A stretch of 64,000 nucleotides of DNA from contig NC_086104.1 of assembly GCF_963921235.1 (NCBI RefSeq), positions 126,914,001-126,978,000 on the forward strand. Direction: 5' to 3'. Position numbers and translations under genes: made by a program. Positions 24,045 through 38,100 of this stretch are shown one piece after another. A model generated the notes under the pieces. It made no database searches, was not told where the DNA came from, and saw nothing but the letters and a program-made list of their open reading frames with translations. The stretch comes from Mobula hypostoma. Its lineage: Eukaryota. Within the stretch, counting starts at the first letter, position 1; the number at the start of each line of letters is the position of its first letter.

Positions 24045-24295
24045 TGGTGCGTGGCCAAGCGTCAGTCTAGTGATCTAAAGATGGCTTGTTCAAGCCTCAG
24101 CAGAGGGAGCATGTTGTGCTCTTGAGCAAGGCACTTAACCACACATTGCTCTGCGACGACGCAGGTGCCAAGCTGTATCGGTCCCAGTGCCCTTCCCTTG
24201 GACAACATCGGTGGCATGGAGAGGGGAGACTTGCAGAATGGGCAACTGCCGGTCCTCCATACAATGTCCTTCCAAGGTCTCACGAAACTAACAGA
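24045..24295 (+). mobile_element. tRNA-headed SINE whose body is shared with the element at 32720-33280
   Basis: GTGGCCAAG A-box and GTTCAAGCC B-box-like head; shared GGTGCCAAGCTGTATCGGTCC..CCCTTGGACAACATCGGTG..GGAGAGGGGAGACTTGC. Confidence 0.55.
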
Positions 24296-24469
24296 TGCCT
24301 ATACAATAAAGTATCTAACTTACCCATGTCTTGCGGATTCATGGATCATGGAGACTCGATCCCCTCCCATCCCTGGAGACCCAACCATTCCTGACTGGAC
24401 CCTCTCTCACGTCCTGGAGATTCAGGAATACCACAGTCTGGATCGTCTTCCGTGACCTGAAGATACATA

Positions 24470-26805
24470 TATAGAGGGACCAACTAGAGAGGATGCAATA
24501 TTGGATCTCCTGTTAGGAAAAGAGTTAGGACAAGTGACAGAAGTCTGTGTAGGGGATCACTTTGGTTCCAGTGATCATAACACCATTAGTTTCAACTTGA
24601 TCATGGACAAGGATAGATCTGGTCCTAGGGTTGAGGTTCTTAACTGGAAGAAGGCCAAATTTGAAGAAATGAGAAAGGATCTAAAAAGCGTGGATTGGGA
24701 CAGGTTGTTCTCTGGCATGGATGTGATCGGTAGGTGGGAAGCCTTCAAAGCAGAAATTTTGAGAGTGCAGAATTTGTATGTTCCTGTCAGGATTAAAGGC
24801 AAGGTGAATAGGAATAAGGAACCTTGGTCCTCAAGGGATATTGCAACTCTGATAAAGAAGAAGAGGGAGTTGTATGATGTGTATAGGAAACAGGGAGTAA
24901 ATAAGGTGCTTGAGGAGTATAAGAAGTGCAAGAAAATACTTAAGAAAGAAATCAGGAGGGCTAAAAGAAGACATGAGGTTGCCTTGGCAGTCAAAGTGAA
25001 GAATAATCCAAAGAGCTTTTACAGGTATATTAAGAGCAAAAGGATCGTAAGGGATAAAATTGGTCCTCTTGAAGATCAGAGTGGTCGGCTATGTGCGGAA
25101 CCAAAGGAAATGGGAGAGATCTTAAATAGGTTTTTTATGTCTGTGTTTACTAAGGAAACTGGCATGAAGTCCATGGAATTAAGGGAAACAAGAAGTGAGA
25201 TCATGGAAACTGTACAGATCGAAAAAGAGGAGGTCCTTGCTGTCTTGAGGAAAATTAAAGTGGATAAATCCCAGGGACCTGACAGGGTGTTCCCTCGGAC
25301 CTTGAAGTGTTGAAATTGCAGGGGCCCCGGCTGAAATATTTAAAATGTCGCTGTCTACAGGTGAGGTGCTGGAGGATTGGAGAGTGGTTCATGTTGTTCC
25401 GTTGTTTAAAAAAGGATCGAAAAGTAATCCGGGAAATTATAGGCCAGTAAATTTAACGTCAGTAGTAGGTAAGTTATTGGAGGGAGTACTAAGAGACAGA
25501 ATCTACAAGCATTTGGATAGACTGGGACTTATTAGGGAGAGTCAACATGGCTTTGTACGTGGTAGCTCATGTTTGACCAATCTACTGGAGTTTTTCGAGG
25601 AGGTTACCAGGAAAGTGGATGAAGGGAAGGCAGTGGATATTGTCTACATGGACTTCAGTAAGGCCTTTGACAAGGTCCCGCATGGGAGATTAGTTAGGAA
25701 AATTCAGTCGCTAGGTATACATGGAGAGGTGGTAAATTGGATTAGACATTGGCTCGATGGAAGAAGCCAGAGAATGGTGGTTCTCTGAGTGGAGGCCTGT
25801 GACTAGTGGTGTGCCACAGGGATCAATGCTGGGTCCATTGTTATTTGTCATCTATATCAATGATCTGGATGATAATGTGGTAAATTGGATCAGCAAGTTT
25901 GCTGATGATACAAAGATTGGAGGTGTAGTAGACAGTGAGGAAGGTTTTCAGAGCCTGCAGAGGGACTTGGACCAGCTGGAAAAATGGGCTAAAAAATGGC
26001 AGATGGAGTTTAATACTGACAAGTGTGAGGTATTGCACGTTGGAAGAACAAACCAATGTAGAACATACAGGGTTAATGGTAAGGCACTGAGGAGTGCAGT
26101 GGAACAGAGGGATCTGGGAATACGGATACAAAATTCCCTAAAAGTGGCGTCACAGGTAGATGGGGTCGTAAAGAGAGCTTTTGGTACATTGGCCTTTATT
26201 AATCAAAGTATTGAGTATAAGAGCTGGAATGTTATGATGAGGTTGTTTCAGGCATTGGTGAGGCCGAATCTGGAGTATTGTGTTCAGTTTTGGTCACCAA
26301 ATTACAGGAAGGATATAAATAAGGTTGAAAGAGTGCAGAGAAGGTTTACAAGGATGTTGCCGGGACTTGAGAAACTCAGTTACAGAGAAAGGTTGAATAG
26401 GTTGGGACTTTATTCCCTGGAGCGTAGAAGAATGCGGGGAGATTTGATAGAGGTATATAAAATTATGATGGGTATAGATAGAGTGAATGCAAGCAGGCTT
26501 TTTCCACTGAGGCAAGGGGAGAAAAAAACCAGAGGACATGGGTTTAGGGTGAGGGGGGAAAAGTTTAAAGGGAACATTGGGGGGGGCTTCTTCACACAGA
26601 GAGTGGTGGGAGTATGGAATGAGCTGCCAGACGAGGTGGTAAATGCGGGTTCTTTTTTAACATTTAAGAATAAATTGGACAGATACATGGATGGGAGGTG
26701 TATGGAGGGATATGGTCCGTGGGCAGGTCAGTGGGACTAGGCAGAAAATGGTTCGGCACAGCCAAGAAGGGCCAAAAGGCCTGTTTCTGTGCTGTAGTTT
26801 CTATG
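24470..26805 (+). mobile_element. CR1 LINE ORF2 (end of endonuclease plus RT) through the 3' tail; relatively young, two frameshifts
   Basis: ORFs 24501..25313, 25345..25788 and 25757..26740 with GNYRPVNLTS, YMDFSKAFDKVPH, SGVPQGS, KFADD, FFTQRVV..WN.LP. Confidence 0.95.
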
Positions 26806-26809
26806 GATC

Positions 26810-28775
26810 ATGTATCTACTCCCTGACTGCCATGCCCTGATGATCTGGGATCCCATAGACTGGATCCAGGATCCTGAAAGTCAGGATCAAGGAGGCTAAG
26901 GACAGGTATAGGAGGAAGCTTGAGTGGAAACTCCAGCAAACAACATGAGAGAGGTCTGGAGTGGGATAAGTACCATCACTGGGTTCCGGCAAACTAGCAA
27001 CAGAGGAGCTGAAGGCAGTGTGGAGAGGGCCAACGAACTTAACCTGTTCTTTAACAGATTTGACATTGTGGCCCCTGCCCATCCCCCACATGATTCATCT
27101 GTTGTCGGCCCCCAACCAACTTATATTCCTCTCTCCCCTCCTAACAGATCCCCACACTGCTCTAATGACTATACCCCTTCCCCACATGAAACCACCATGG
27201 TGGGCTTCACAGCTGGACAGGTGAGAAGACAGTTGAAACGTCTCAACCCAAGCAATGCTGCAGGCCCGGATGATGTCAGCACCAGGGTGCTCAAAGCCTG
27301 TGCCCCTCAGCTATGTGGAGTACTTCGCCATGTATTCAACCTGAGCCTGAGGCTCCGGAGGGTTCCTGTACTGTGGAAGATGTCCTGCCTCGTCCCTGTG
27401 CCGAAGGCGCCACACCCCAGCGGCCTCAATGACTACAGACCGGTGGCATTGACCTCCCACATCATGAAGACCCTGGAGAGACTTGTTCTGGAGCTGCTCC
27501 AGCCTATGGTTGGGCCACACTTAGATCCCCTCCAGTTCGCCTACCAGCCCCGACTAGGAGTTGAGTATGCCATCGTCTACCTGCTGAACCGTGTCTACGC
27601 CCACCTGGACAAGCCAGCGAGCACTGTGAGGGTCATGTTTTTTGACTTCTCCAGTGCATTCAACACCATCTGCCCTGCTCTGCTGGGGGAGAAGCTGACA
27701 GCGATGCAGGTGGATGCTTCCCTGGTGTCATGGATTCTTGATTACCTGACTGGCAGACCACAGTACGTGTGCTTGCAATACTGTGTGTCCGACAGAGTGA
27801 TCAGCAGCACTGGGGCTCCACAGGGGACTGTCTTGTCTCCCTTTCTCTTCACCATTTACACCTCGGACTTCAACTACTGCACAGAGTCTTGCCATCTTCA
27901 GAAGTTTTCCGATGACTCTGCCATAGTTGGATGCATCAGCAAGGGAGATGAGGCTGAGTACAGGGCTACGGTAGGAAACCTTGTCACATGGTGTGAGCAG
28001 AATTACCTGCAGCTTAATGTGAAAAAGATTAAGGAGCTGGTGGTAGACCTGAAGAAGGCTAAGGTACCGGTGACCCATTTCCATCCAGGGGGTCAGTGTG
28101 GACATGGTGGAGGATTACAAATATCTGGGGATACGAATTGACAATAAACTGAACTGGTCAAAGAACACTGAGGCTGTCTACAAGAAGGGTCAGAGCCATC
28201 TCTATTTCCTGAGGAGACTGAGGTCCTTTAACATCTGCCGGACGATGCTGAGGATGTTCTACGAGTCTGTGGTGGCCAGTGCTATCATGTTTGCTGTTGT
28301 GTGCTGGGGCAGCAGACTGAGTATAGCAGACACCAACAGAATCAACAAACTCATTCATAAGGCCAATGATGTTGTGAGGATGGAACTGGACTCTGACGGT
28401 GGTGTCTGAAAAGAAGATGCTGTCCAAGTTGCATGCCATCTTAGACAATGTCTCCCATCCACTACATAACGTACTGGGTGGGCACAGGAGTACAGTCAGC
28501 CAGAGACTCATTGCACCGAGATGCAACACAGAGCGTCATAGGAAGTCATTCCCACCTGTGGCCATCAAACTTTACAACTCCTCCCTTGGAGGGTCAGACA
28601 CCCTGAGCCAATAGGCTGGTCCTGGACTTATTTCCTGGCATAATTTACATAATATTATTTAATTATTTATGGTTTTACATTGCTATATTTATACTGTTCT
28701 TGGTTGGTGCAACTGTAACGAAACCAAATTTCCCTCTGGATCAATGAAGTATGACTATGACTATGACTATGATCC
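26810..28775 (+). mobile_element. Rex1/Babar-like LINE RT through the 3' tail
   Basis: AAGPD, NDYRPVALTSHIMK, LDPLQFAY, FFDFSSAFNT, GAPQG, KFSDD; (TATGAC)n tail. Confidence 0.93.
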
Positions 28776-30803
28776 CCTTCCTGCCCAGAGAAGCTCTCTG
28801 ACCAGACCTTGGCATATTCCTGTGTGATAATCTCTCTCCCTCAGTGGAACTCTGTGCCTGAAATTCAGACCAGGACAATTCAAACTTGCCTCTCCCAAAC
28901 ACTCATCCCAAGGCTTAACTCAGTAGAAGCCGGCAGAACTACTCCGCTGCACGGGGAGCATCAGTGGAAAAGGGAACAGGAGTCAATGACCTTTCACTAG
29001 AACTTGGGAAATGAAACAGACCATTCATTCACTACTCCTTTCCTACTCCATCCTCTCTAACCCCAAACCCCCACCCCTGCCCAAACTCCTCCTTTTTCAC
29101 CATTCCTTCCCATTTCTACAATACTTGCCTCTCTTTCCATCCTCTCCCTCTTTGATCTCTTTCTTCCAGCTGACCCTCTTTCCCTCACTGACTCTCCTCT
29201 CCCTCTTTTTGTTGTTGTTTATTGTAGAAATTGTGCATTATTTAGTCACTTCTCTGGTGCCTCTGCAAGTATGCTTTTCATACACATACTTGTGAATATG
29301 CAAGTAGATGCAAATTTGGATACCCTGCACTCCGTCTTTAATGTAGACAGTAATGTAGGTAGCTCACAGGTAGGGCTGGTCTCTAGGTTTGCAAGTCTGG
29401 GGCCTGGAACAAAGACTGGAGGTCAGAGGCCTGGAAGTGGGCTGTCCCTCGGCTGGTGGGCTGACTGTTGTGAGGGTGGGAGAATGAGTAAGTGACTCGT
29501 TATGCTGCCGTTATTTTGTTGCTGTTGTTTGTTCTATGATGACTGTGTTATTCTGCTGAACCACGTAGGCGTGGTGACACTTGTGGGCTGCACCCGCCAC
29601 ATCTTCGTAAGCCCATCCGTGCTACTGAGGCATAGGCCGTCTACAGCAGCTTACAGACCTCTGAGCCACAGATGTAAACCATCTGCTCTGACCTTTCCTT
29701 TCCAAGGGATGTAGCCTTTGGAGCTTCTGCAGCACCGGGTTATTTTTAAACGGGGTGGAGTCGCTAGCCCAGTGCCAAACCTTCCTCCTTTCAGAGCTGG
29801 GCTTGGCGGAGTTTCCCTTAGGTTGTGCTGGTGGTTAATGCAAAGTATTTCACTGTGTTTCCATGTTATTGATAAATGTAATCAAATATATTAAGCTCAA
29901 ATTGACCACCATGAACCCATTCACCTTATTTCTCAGCAATCGAAAGCTCGTTTCATTTTCAATCACACCTCAGGAAAGCCACTGAGCTGAAATATCTTCT
30001 TTCTTCTGGAGTGTCTCTCCGCTCAGATAATGCCTGACCCAGTGAGTGTTTACGACATTTACAGATTTTATCATTGAAATGCTCCCCAGGATAGCATCAG
30101 AAGCTCCATGGCAGCAGTGTCTGTTGTAACACCTGGACTCCAGCAACTCACAGAGAGGAGACTGGGAACATATCAGTCAAAGCAGAAATAAAGGTCATAG
30201 ATGTTCTCAATTCTCACTGCTTCACAGGGTGCTAAGATCCTGCACCTCCCCTTCAGAAACTTCAGCAGAACTGACCAAGCCTGGGCATCTCAGCTTGGCT
30301 CAAGGGCACAAGTGGGAGATCAGGAAACAATGCAGGGTGGAGAAATAGAGTGGAATTGGAGGGTAAAGGAGGAAGGAGGACAGTGAAGTCAGTGAGGGTG
30401 AGGAGTGGTGGTGAATGGGTGTGGGAGACAAACAGGGAGAGGGGGGCAGAGAGCAGGTAGAAAACAACCCTTGTTTAGCAGAGATTCAGAAAGAATGCTG
30501 GGGTTGACAGTGATTTGGTGAATGGGGAAGGTTTCAGGAGACACTCCAAAAGGCAAGGGACTTGCAGAGGTAAGGGAAGCAATGGGAGAGAATGATGGGT
30601 GTAGGGGGAGGGACTGAGACTGCTAGGAGTGGGGGATAGAGAAAAGAATGGTCAGCTTAGGGTACAACTGGACAGTACTCTGGGATAACAAGGGAGACTG
30701 GGAACCACAGATCGAAGTGGGTAGGTAATGGCAGATGCCCTGCGGTGGATGATACATTGTGCAAAGTAATCTGGACTCCAAACCACATTCTGTGGAAACC
30801 AAC

Positions 30804-30809
30804 TTTATT
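30804..30809 (-). terminator. Candidate polyadenylation signal of PAFAH1B3
   Basis: AATAAA on the - strand ~1.1 kb after the stop codon, followed by GT-rich sequence. Confidence 0.45.
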
Positions 30810-31899
30810 TGACGCAGAACATGTAATTTATTGAGTAACTGAGTCACCTCCTGTCAACCAAACATCACATGCACCTTCCCCAGATCGTGTAGTGCCTGAG
30901 TAAGCGGTACCCAGGTTGTTCCTGAGAGACCCGGTCACTCAACATTCTCAGCAGTTTGAGGCGCAGGGGTTTAGAGCCAAAGTGTGAACAAGTTGAAAGA
31001 ATTACAGGGGGCAGGACATCCAAACTGCAGACGTGGAGGTCTCAGGACCCATGGGAATGTTAGAAGACTGTGTCCCTTGGCAAAACCAGAAAGCCCCAAA
31101 CCGATTTCACCCATAGACAAAGATTGAGGGCCAGAGGAAGCACTGGGTGTCCAGAGAAGTGGGTGATTCTGTAGATCGGGAAGGTTTCTGTGGGGGGGTG
31201 GGGGAGGTGACTATTCCACAGGAGAAGACTGGGGAGAGCCCTGGACAAGTGTCCAACACTGGTAACCCTTCGTCTGGACTGTTCACTGAGTCACTTTAAG
31301 GGTCTCCACCCAAAACAACCCTGATGAAGGATGAACCCCAATCATTGACTGCCCACCTCCCTCCACAGACGCTGCCTGACCCGCTTAGTTCTGCCAGCAC
31401 ATTTGTGTGCTGTTCCACACTCCAGTGCCTTTAGTCTCCCGTGTTGCCACTACGATCACAAGCTGACTAATTTCTTGGAGTGAGTGTACTACAGCTCAAA
31501 CAGCTCCTTCAGCCCATCTAGTCCATGCTGACCTAGCCCCAGCCATGGTCCCACACCACATCCCTCCATACCACTCCCATGCAAGTACTTCTCCAAACTT
31601 CTCTTGACTATTATAATTGAGCCTGCATCCACCACTTCCACTGGCAGCTCATTCTACCCTCTCAGTGAACTGAACCTATTCAACCCAGGTCCCAGCGACA
31701 TCGTCTTTTCTGCCCCCCCCTTGCTCACCCACATATGCCAGACTTCCCTCAACCCCTTGCCCCTCTCACTACAGATACCAGCTCCCTCGCCCTAGACGTA
31801 CCCCCTCCCTCCGCACTGTGGGTGGGGAGTTTACAGTGACCCAGTGTGGTTAGTGTGACCAACTCCCCAACCCCTCCCCCCCCCACTGTCACCCCACTG

Positions 31900-32163
31900 T
31901 CAGGGGTTGCGAGCAGCCTCCCCCAGCAGCTGCACTACACGGGTGTGAATCAGCTTGCAGACCCGTGCATAAGCCTGGCGGCTCAGGTGCAGGTAGTCGT
32001 ACAGGTCTTGATGGCTGAGCGTACCGTCTGGCCCAATGAAGCCGGGGTCCACATCCAGGAAGCAGGTGCGACCCAGGGTAAGCACCCTGGCCTGCATCAG
32101 CTCATTCACCCGGGCATTCTTCACCCGCAGGGGGTTTGGCTCCTTCCCCCTTGGCAGCAGGCC
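31900..32163 (-). CDS. PAFAH1B3: PAFAH1B3 last coding exon
   Basis: ccacag|GLLPRGKEPNPLRVKNARVNELM..DLYDYLHLSRQAYARVCKLIHTRVVQLLGEAARNP*. Confidence 0.95.
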   Translation of the reverse strand, partial: GLLPRGKEPNPLRVKNARVNELMQARVLTLGRTCFLDVDPGFIGPDGTLSHQDLYDYLHLSRQAYARVCKLIHTRVVQLLGEAARNP

Positions 32164-35100
32164 CTGTGGGACGGAGCAGAGATTGTGTCAGAGTTATATG
32201 GCCCTTCAGCCCCACTCAGCCATGCTGGCCCTCCACAGCCAGTCCTGTCTGCACGTGTTTGGCCCAGCTTCCCCTATCCATCACTATCAGGCTTATCGGC
32301 ACTGGCTTGTGTCACGTGAAACATGCTGTCTTGAAGCAACAGTTCAGTGCAACGACACAAAACTACCGTGTAGGTGTGCAGCCGTGTATATCTATCTCCC
32401 GAGGCTTCCCGTCCCATGACCCTTTCCCTTCTCCAGCTCTTAGATCCATCCCTCCCCTCCTGTCTTCTCCTATCATTTCGGATCTCCCCCTCCCCCTTTC
32501 AAATCTCTTACTATCTCTTCTTTCAGTTAGTTCTGACGAAGGGTCCCGGCCCGAAACATCAACTGTACCTCTTCCTATAGATGCTGCCTGGCCTGCTGCG
32601 TTCCACCAGCATTTTTCGTGTGTGTTACTTGAATCTCCAGCATCTGATTTCCTCATGTCTGCCTTTTAAACAATATTGTTATCAGTCTCTACCACTATAA
32701 TTCCAAGGTTGTCAAGCTGAGGAGTGTTGGTGGAGATAAGCTCCCACTACCTAAAAGTGCTCCTCACGGCATGCGCCTCAAATAGCCTCTGACAACCAAG
32801 TCCAATTCCTGGCCTTCTTGTGTGACTTAGCCTCTAAGCCCGCTGGAACTGTTTCTACTGACAGGAGAAAGGGCGAAGGCAGGTCCTGGTGCCTTAAAAC
32901 CAGTGCTTCGGGGAGATGGAGCTCGTCAGCCTGGGAAGACAGTCCATCTAAGAGAGGGAAAACTCTGATTTCAAACCTCCGCTGCCTTGCGGCCATACCC
33001 ACTTCTGGGAAAGGTTCGGGAGCAAACCCTGTGGACAAATCTGGAGCTGGAGTCCCTAAGGCAGTCCGACGTTGCCTTCAACCTCGTTCTGGCAACTCCT
33101 GCGACAACACTGGTGCCAAGCTGTATCGGTCCTTGTCCTTCCCTTGGACAACATCGGTGTCGTGGAGAGGGGAGACTTGCTGCATGGGCAACTGCCGGTC
33201 TTCTGTACAACCTTGCCCAGGCCTGCACCCTGGAACTTTCCAGGCGCAGATCCATGGTCTCGCGAGACTAACGGATGCCACCACCTCTACCACTATGTCG
33301 CTCCAGGCACCCAGGTTACTGGGTGTCAGCATCTCAAAGGATCTGTCCTGGTCCCAACATACAATCACTAAGGCACACCAGCAGCTCTACTTCATGAGGA
33401 TTTTGAAGAGATCTGGTGTCTCTACCATGGAGAGCATTCTGACTGGTTGCATCACCAACTGGTCTGGGGGCTCCAATGCGTAGAATCGCAAGAGGTCACA
33501 GAGGGCTGTGAATTCAGCCAGCACAATCACGGGCACAACCCTCCCACCATCGAGGGCATCTTCAAAAGGCAGTGTCTCAAGAAGGCGGCTTCCATCATTC
33601 ACCACCGAGGACATTCCCTCTTCTCATTACTACCATCAGGGAGGAGGTATTGGAGTCCAAAGATACACACTCAACATTTTAGGAGTAGCTTCTTCTGCTC
33701 CACAGTCAGATATCTGAATAGTCCATGAACACCACTATTCTATTCCTCTTTTGAACTTTCATTTGTCGGAAATTATAGTATATTTTGTGTACTGCACTGT
33801 ACTGCTGCCTCAAAACAAATTTCACTACATATATCAGTGGTAATAAACCTCATTCTGATTCTGTGTGAAGACATTGCCCATCAGGTCCTTTCTGGATCTT
33901 CCTGCTCTCACCTTAAACCTGTGTCCTCTGGTTTTGGGCTACAGCCCTGGGGTAAAAGATTGTGACCCCCCCCCAACCCATCTTATCCCTGCCCCTCACT
34001 TTATATAACTCTGCTAAGTTACCACTCAGCCTCCTACGCACCAAGAACTGCTCCACTCTTGGCTTAAAATTCAACCCCTCTGGACCCAGTAACATCCCCG
34101 TGAATCTTTTTCTTGTTCCCTCTGCAAATAGGTGGCATCCTTCCTGAAGCATGGCAACCAGAGCTACAGAGCTACAGTACTCCAAATGTGGCCAGAACTG
34201 GAGGAGCAGGGGTTAGGGTGGGGGGGGGAGGAAAGCCCTCTCCCTCCCCTGGATTTCCCCTGATACATCCCCCACCTCACCCTCTCCGATCCCTGAGGTC
34301 AATGAGGTCCAACAAAACTGTGCCACCCTGCCCCCTCCTGTTCCCTTCCCATCCCTCTGCACACCCACTCCTGATGCCCTCCCTGCCCTCCGCGCCCTTT
34401 CATTCCAACACCCCCACTCCAGTATTCCCGCCCAGCCCTCCCTCAACAGCAGACCCTCTGCCTCACCCTCCCATCCAAGCCCACCCTCTCACCAGCACGA
34501 TGACATGTGCCTGCGGCTGCCGCTGGTTCAGAAGACGGACGATGGCCTCGATACCATCAGCCACCTGCTCTGCCGTGTGGCCGTGGTTATTCGTGCCCGC
34601 CCATAGCACGATCACCTGCAGGTACAACACACACTGTCAGTCACTCCAGTTCTACCTCATCCCCTCCTCCCAGTCGTTCATGTTTGGCTCACACCCTTCT
34701 AAGCATTTCCCATCTCTGTACCTCTCCAAATGTCTCTCACTTCTTCAGGAGGCTAAAGAAATTTGGTATGTCCTCATCAACCCTTACCAATTTTTAATCG
34801 ATGCACCACAAAGAACAACCTGTCTGGATGCATCATGGCTTGGTACAGCAATTGCTCTTCATGTGTCTGCAAGAAACTGCGAAGATGTATGTTGCCTGCG
34901 CATGCACTGTTGTCCACACATGCACACTATTCTCTCTCCCTCTCTCGCTGCAATGTGAATACACCAGTTAAAGCCATCTCCCGCACGCATGCCTTTATTT
35001 AATTGATATGTAGCTGTGCACAGACACAAACAAATTGGCAACGAGTACAAACCTGAATGTCAGAAAATAGCACAAGCTGCACCGACAGTTACGGGACGAA

Positions 35101-38100
35101 GCAGCGGGGGTTAAACAGCACGAGAAGGCCGTCACAGACGGCAACAAGGGAACACACGAGTAACAGTGAAAGACGTGTTGAATTTAAAGTAAAAATATCG
35201 TGGTGATGGTTTCAGTTGGGAAATTTGACAAATTTGCTAGCACTATTGAAGGCTGGGAGTTGTATATTGAGAGAGTTGAACTGTATTGTAATGCAAAAAT
35301 AAAGGAGTAAAAGAAAGCCCCCGCACTTCTTAGCTTAATGGGCCTACGAACGTACAGTCTCTTACACAACTTAGTAACCACTGCAAAGCAAGATGTTCGA
35401 TGGAATCACTTGAGCCTTAAGCTGTTGGTAATAACTGAGAGATTTTGATTTTACAAAAGGAATCAGTCAAAAGATGAAAGCCTTTCTGAATACATAGCAG
35501 AACTGTGCAAACTTTCCAAGTACTGTGACTTTAGAGATGGACATTCTGGGGCATTAAGGGACAGGCATGCATAGTCAAAGCACTCAAAAGGGGCTACTAT
35601 CTGAAAGAGATCTAACCTTAAAAAAGGCATTGATCATTGCAATATCATCAGAGACTGCAGCAAAGAATGAGGCAGAACTGCAGAAAATGAGGTTAGAACA
35701 TAAAGTGCACAAAATGTCCCTGAAAGGCACAAAAGCCAAAGATGTTATTGATGTGACAAATCCTCCCAGCAGGCAAATGACTGTTGGTTCAAAGAAAAAG
35801 TCTGCAGAAAGTGTCACATAGAGAGTGTGTGCAAGGCAGACAAAAAGCACAACTGAGTGAAAAGTCTCAAACAATAAACTAAGCAAATGCATAAAGTTAC
35901 CGAAAGTAAAGCAGAATCAGACAACAGAGTCTGACAAAAGTGAACTATCATGCCTAGAACTGCAGATGACAAAATCACCTGGATCACAATAGATGTGTCC
36001 GGTGTAAAACTGAAAATGGCGCTGGATACAGGGCCAACTTTGTCCATAATTCCAGAGGCTGACCACAACAGATTGTTTTTTAAGATACCATTAGAGGATA
36101 CCTCAGTGATGCTAAAGACTAACACCAGGCGATAAAGTGTTTCCCAAAGGCAAACAGAGTAAATGTGACATATGGAGGCCAAACACAGCAGTTAAGCTTA
36201 ATGTAATGAAAAGTGGAGGGCCAGCACTTTCCAGACATGAATGGTCGAAAAAAATCCAACTAGACTGGAACTCAGTCAAAGCTCTCAGTGTGCCATCAAC
36301 AGGCAACGACAGCCCAAATGGTAGCACTAACCAGAGACAGGCACAGCTGCTTAATGCTCATGAGGTGGTCTTTGAGAAGGGCATCAGTAAACTCAAAGAC
36401 ATGAAGGCTAGAATTGAACTGGATCATACAGCAACACCAAGACTCCATGAAGTACATCCGGTGCATTACATACTACATCCTAAAGTGAATGCTAAACTGC
36501 AGAGCTTAGAGGAGTCTGAAATTCTCTCCAATGTTGAGTGGAGCGATTGGGCCACGCCCATTGTCCCTGCCATCAAGAAAGGGAATGCTGGAGCCATTTG
36601 CATGTGTGGGGATTTCAAGGTGAGCATCAAATGGTGCCGCATACTGTGCAGTACACCCTGTCACGAATTGAAGATATTTTTGTATCTTTGGTAGGCAGGG
36701 AGAGGTTTTCGAAGATTGGCTTGTTACAAGCCTATCTGCAAACAGCGATTGAAAAGTCAAGCAGGAAGTTCCTTACAATCAACACAAACAAGGGACTGTT
36801 CCAGTATAATTGTCTCATCTTTGGCGTCACATCAGCTCCAGCAATTTGGTAAAGAACAATAGACCAAGTGTCAGGAACACAGTGTTACTTTGATGACATC
36901 ATTGTGACTGGCAAAAATGATGAAGAGCACCTCCAGAACCTTGGTAAAATGCTTACCAGGCTGAATGAGTATGGTCTGCGCGCTAAGAGAGAGAAACATG
37001 AGTTTTTCAAGAATGAAATTTCATATTGTGGACATGTCATTGACAAGCATGGCTTACATAAGTCACAAGGGAAGATTGAAGTAGTGTTACAGGTTTCCAA
37101 ATCGGAAAGTATATCAACTCAGGTCATACTTGCAAACTATTACCACCGGTTTCTCCCAAACATTGCGACAGTGCTGCATCCATTGAACGCACTGTTGCAG
37201 ACAGGAGCAAAGTGGGAATGGTCAGAAAGATGTGAAAGAACATTCAAGGAAACAAAGAGACGAATAACATCTGATGAACTGCTCTCCCGTTAGACCCATC
37301 TCTGCCCATCAGACTGGCGTGCGATGCGTCCCCTTATGGCATTGGAGCCATTTTATCACACACATCCCAGTATGGATCTGAACACCCGATTGTGTTTGCT
37401 TCAAGATCTCTGAAGAGCGCAGAACACAACTACACACAGATTGACTGACAGGCCCTTAGTCTAGTTTGGGAAATGAAGTTGTTCCACCACTACCTCTACG
37501 GACAAAAATTTACACTAGTGACTGATCGTCAGCCCCGTGTCCATTTTCAATCCCAGAAGGAAAATCCAGTGATGACTGCTACCCGGTTACAATGCTGGGC
37601 ACTGTTCCTAGGAGCGCACTCTTATGACAAGAGTTCAAGGGTACCAAACAACACAGCAATGCTGATGGCTTGTCACGTCTTCCAGGGTTGGCCACTGAAG
37701 AAAAAAGTCTTCAAACTGTGACCCAGCAGAGGAGTTTCACACAGCATTGGTGGACCAGTTGCCGGTGACAAATTCTGAAATATAAAGGGAAACAAGAAAT
37801 GATCTGACATTGTCAAAAATCACCATGCAAGGATGGCCAGCTCGTAGTAACCCCATGTTTCCAGAGTTCTCAATGAGATGAAACCAACTGTCAGTACATC
37901 AAAGAACGCTGATGTGTGGATCTCGTGTTGTGTTTCCCTCTAAACTGTGAACCAGTATTAGAAAATCTGCATGAAGAACACCTGGGTACAATCAAGGTGA
38001 AGAAGCTCGCCCAGGGCTACATGTGGTGGCCGGGAATAGATAGAAGACTTGACCAAAAGCTGTTCAGGCTACCATAAAGTTTAAAATGCACCCCCACAGG

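Noticed and set aside
24501-28614. Domesticated or novel reverse transcriptase system
   Set aside because: Ordinary 5'-truncated, frameshifted CR1 and Rex1-like copies with normal tails.
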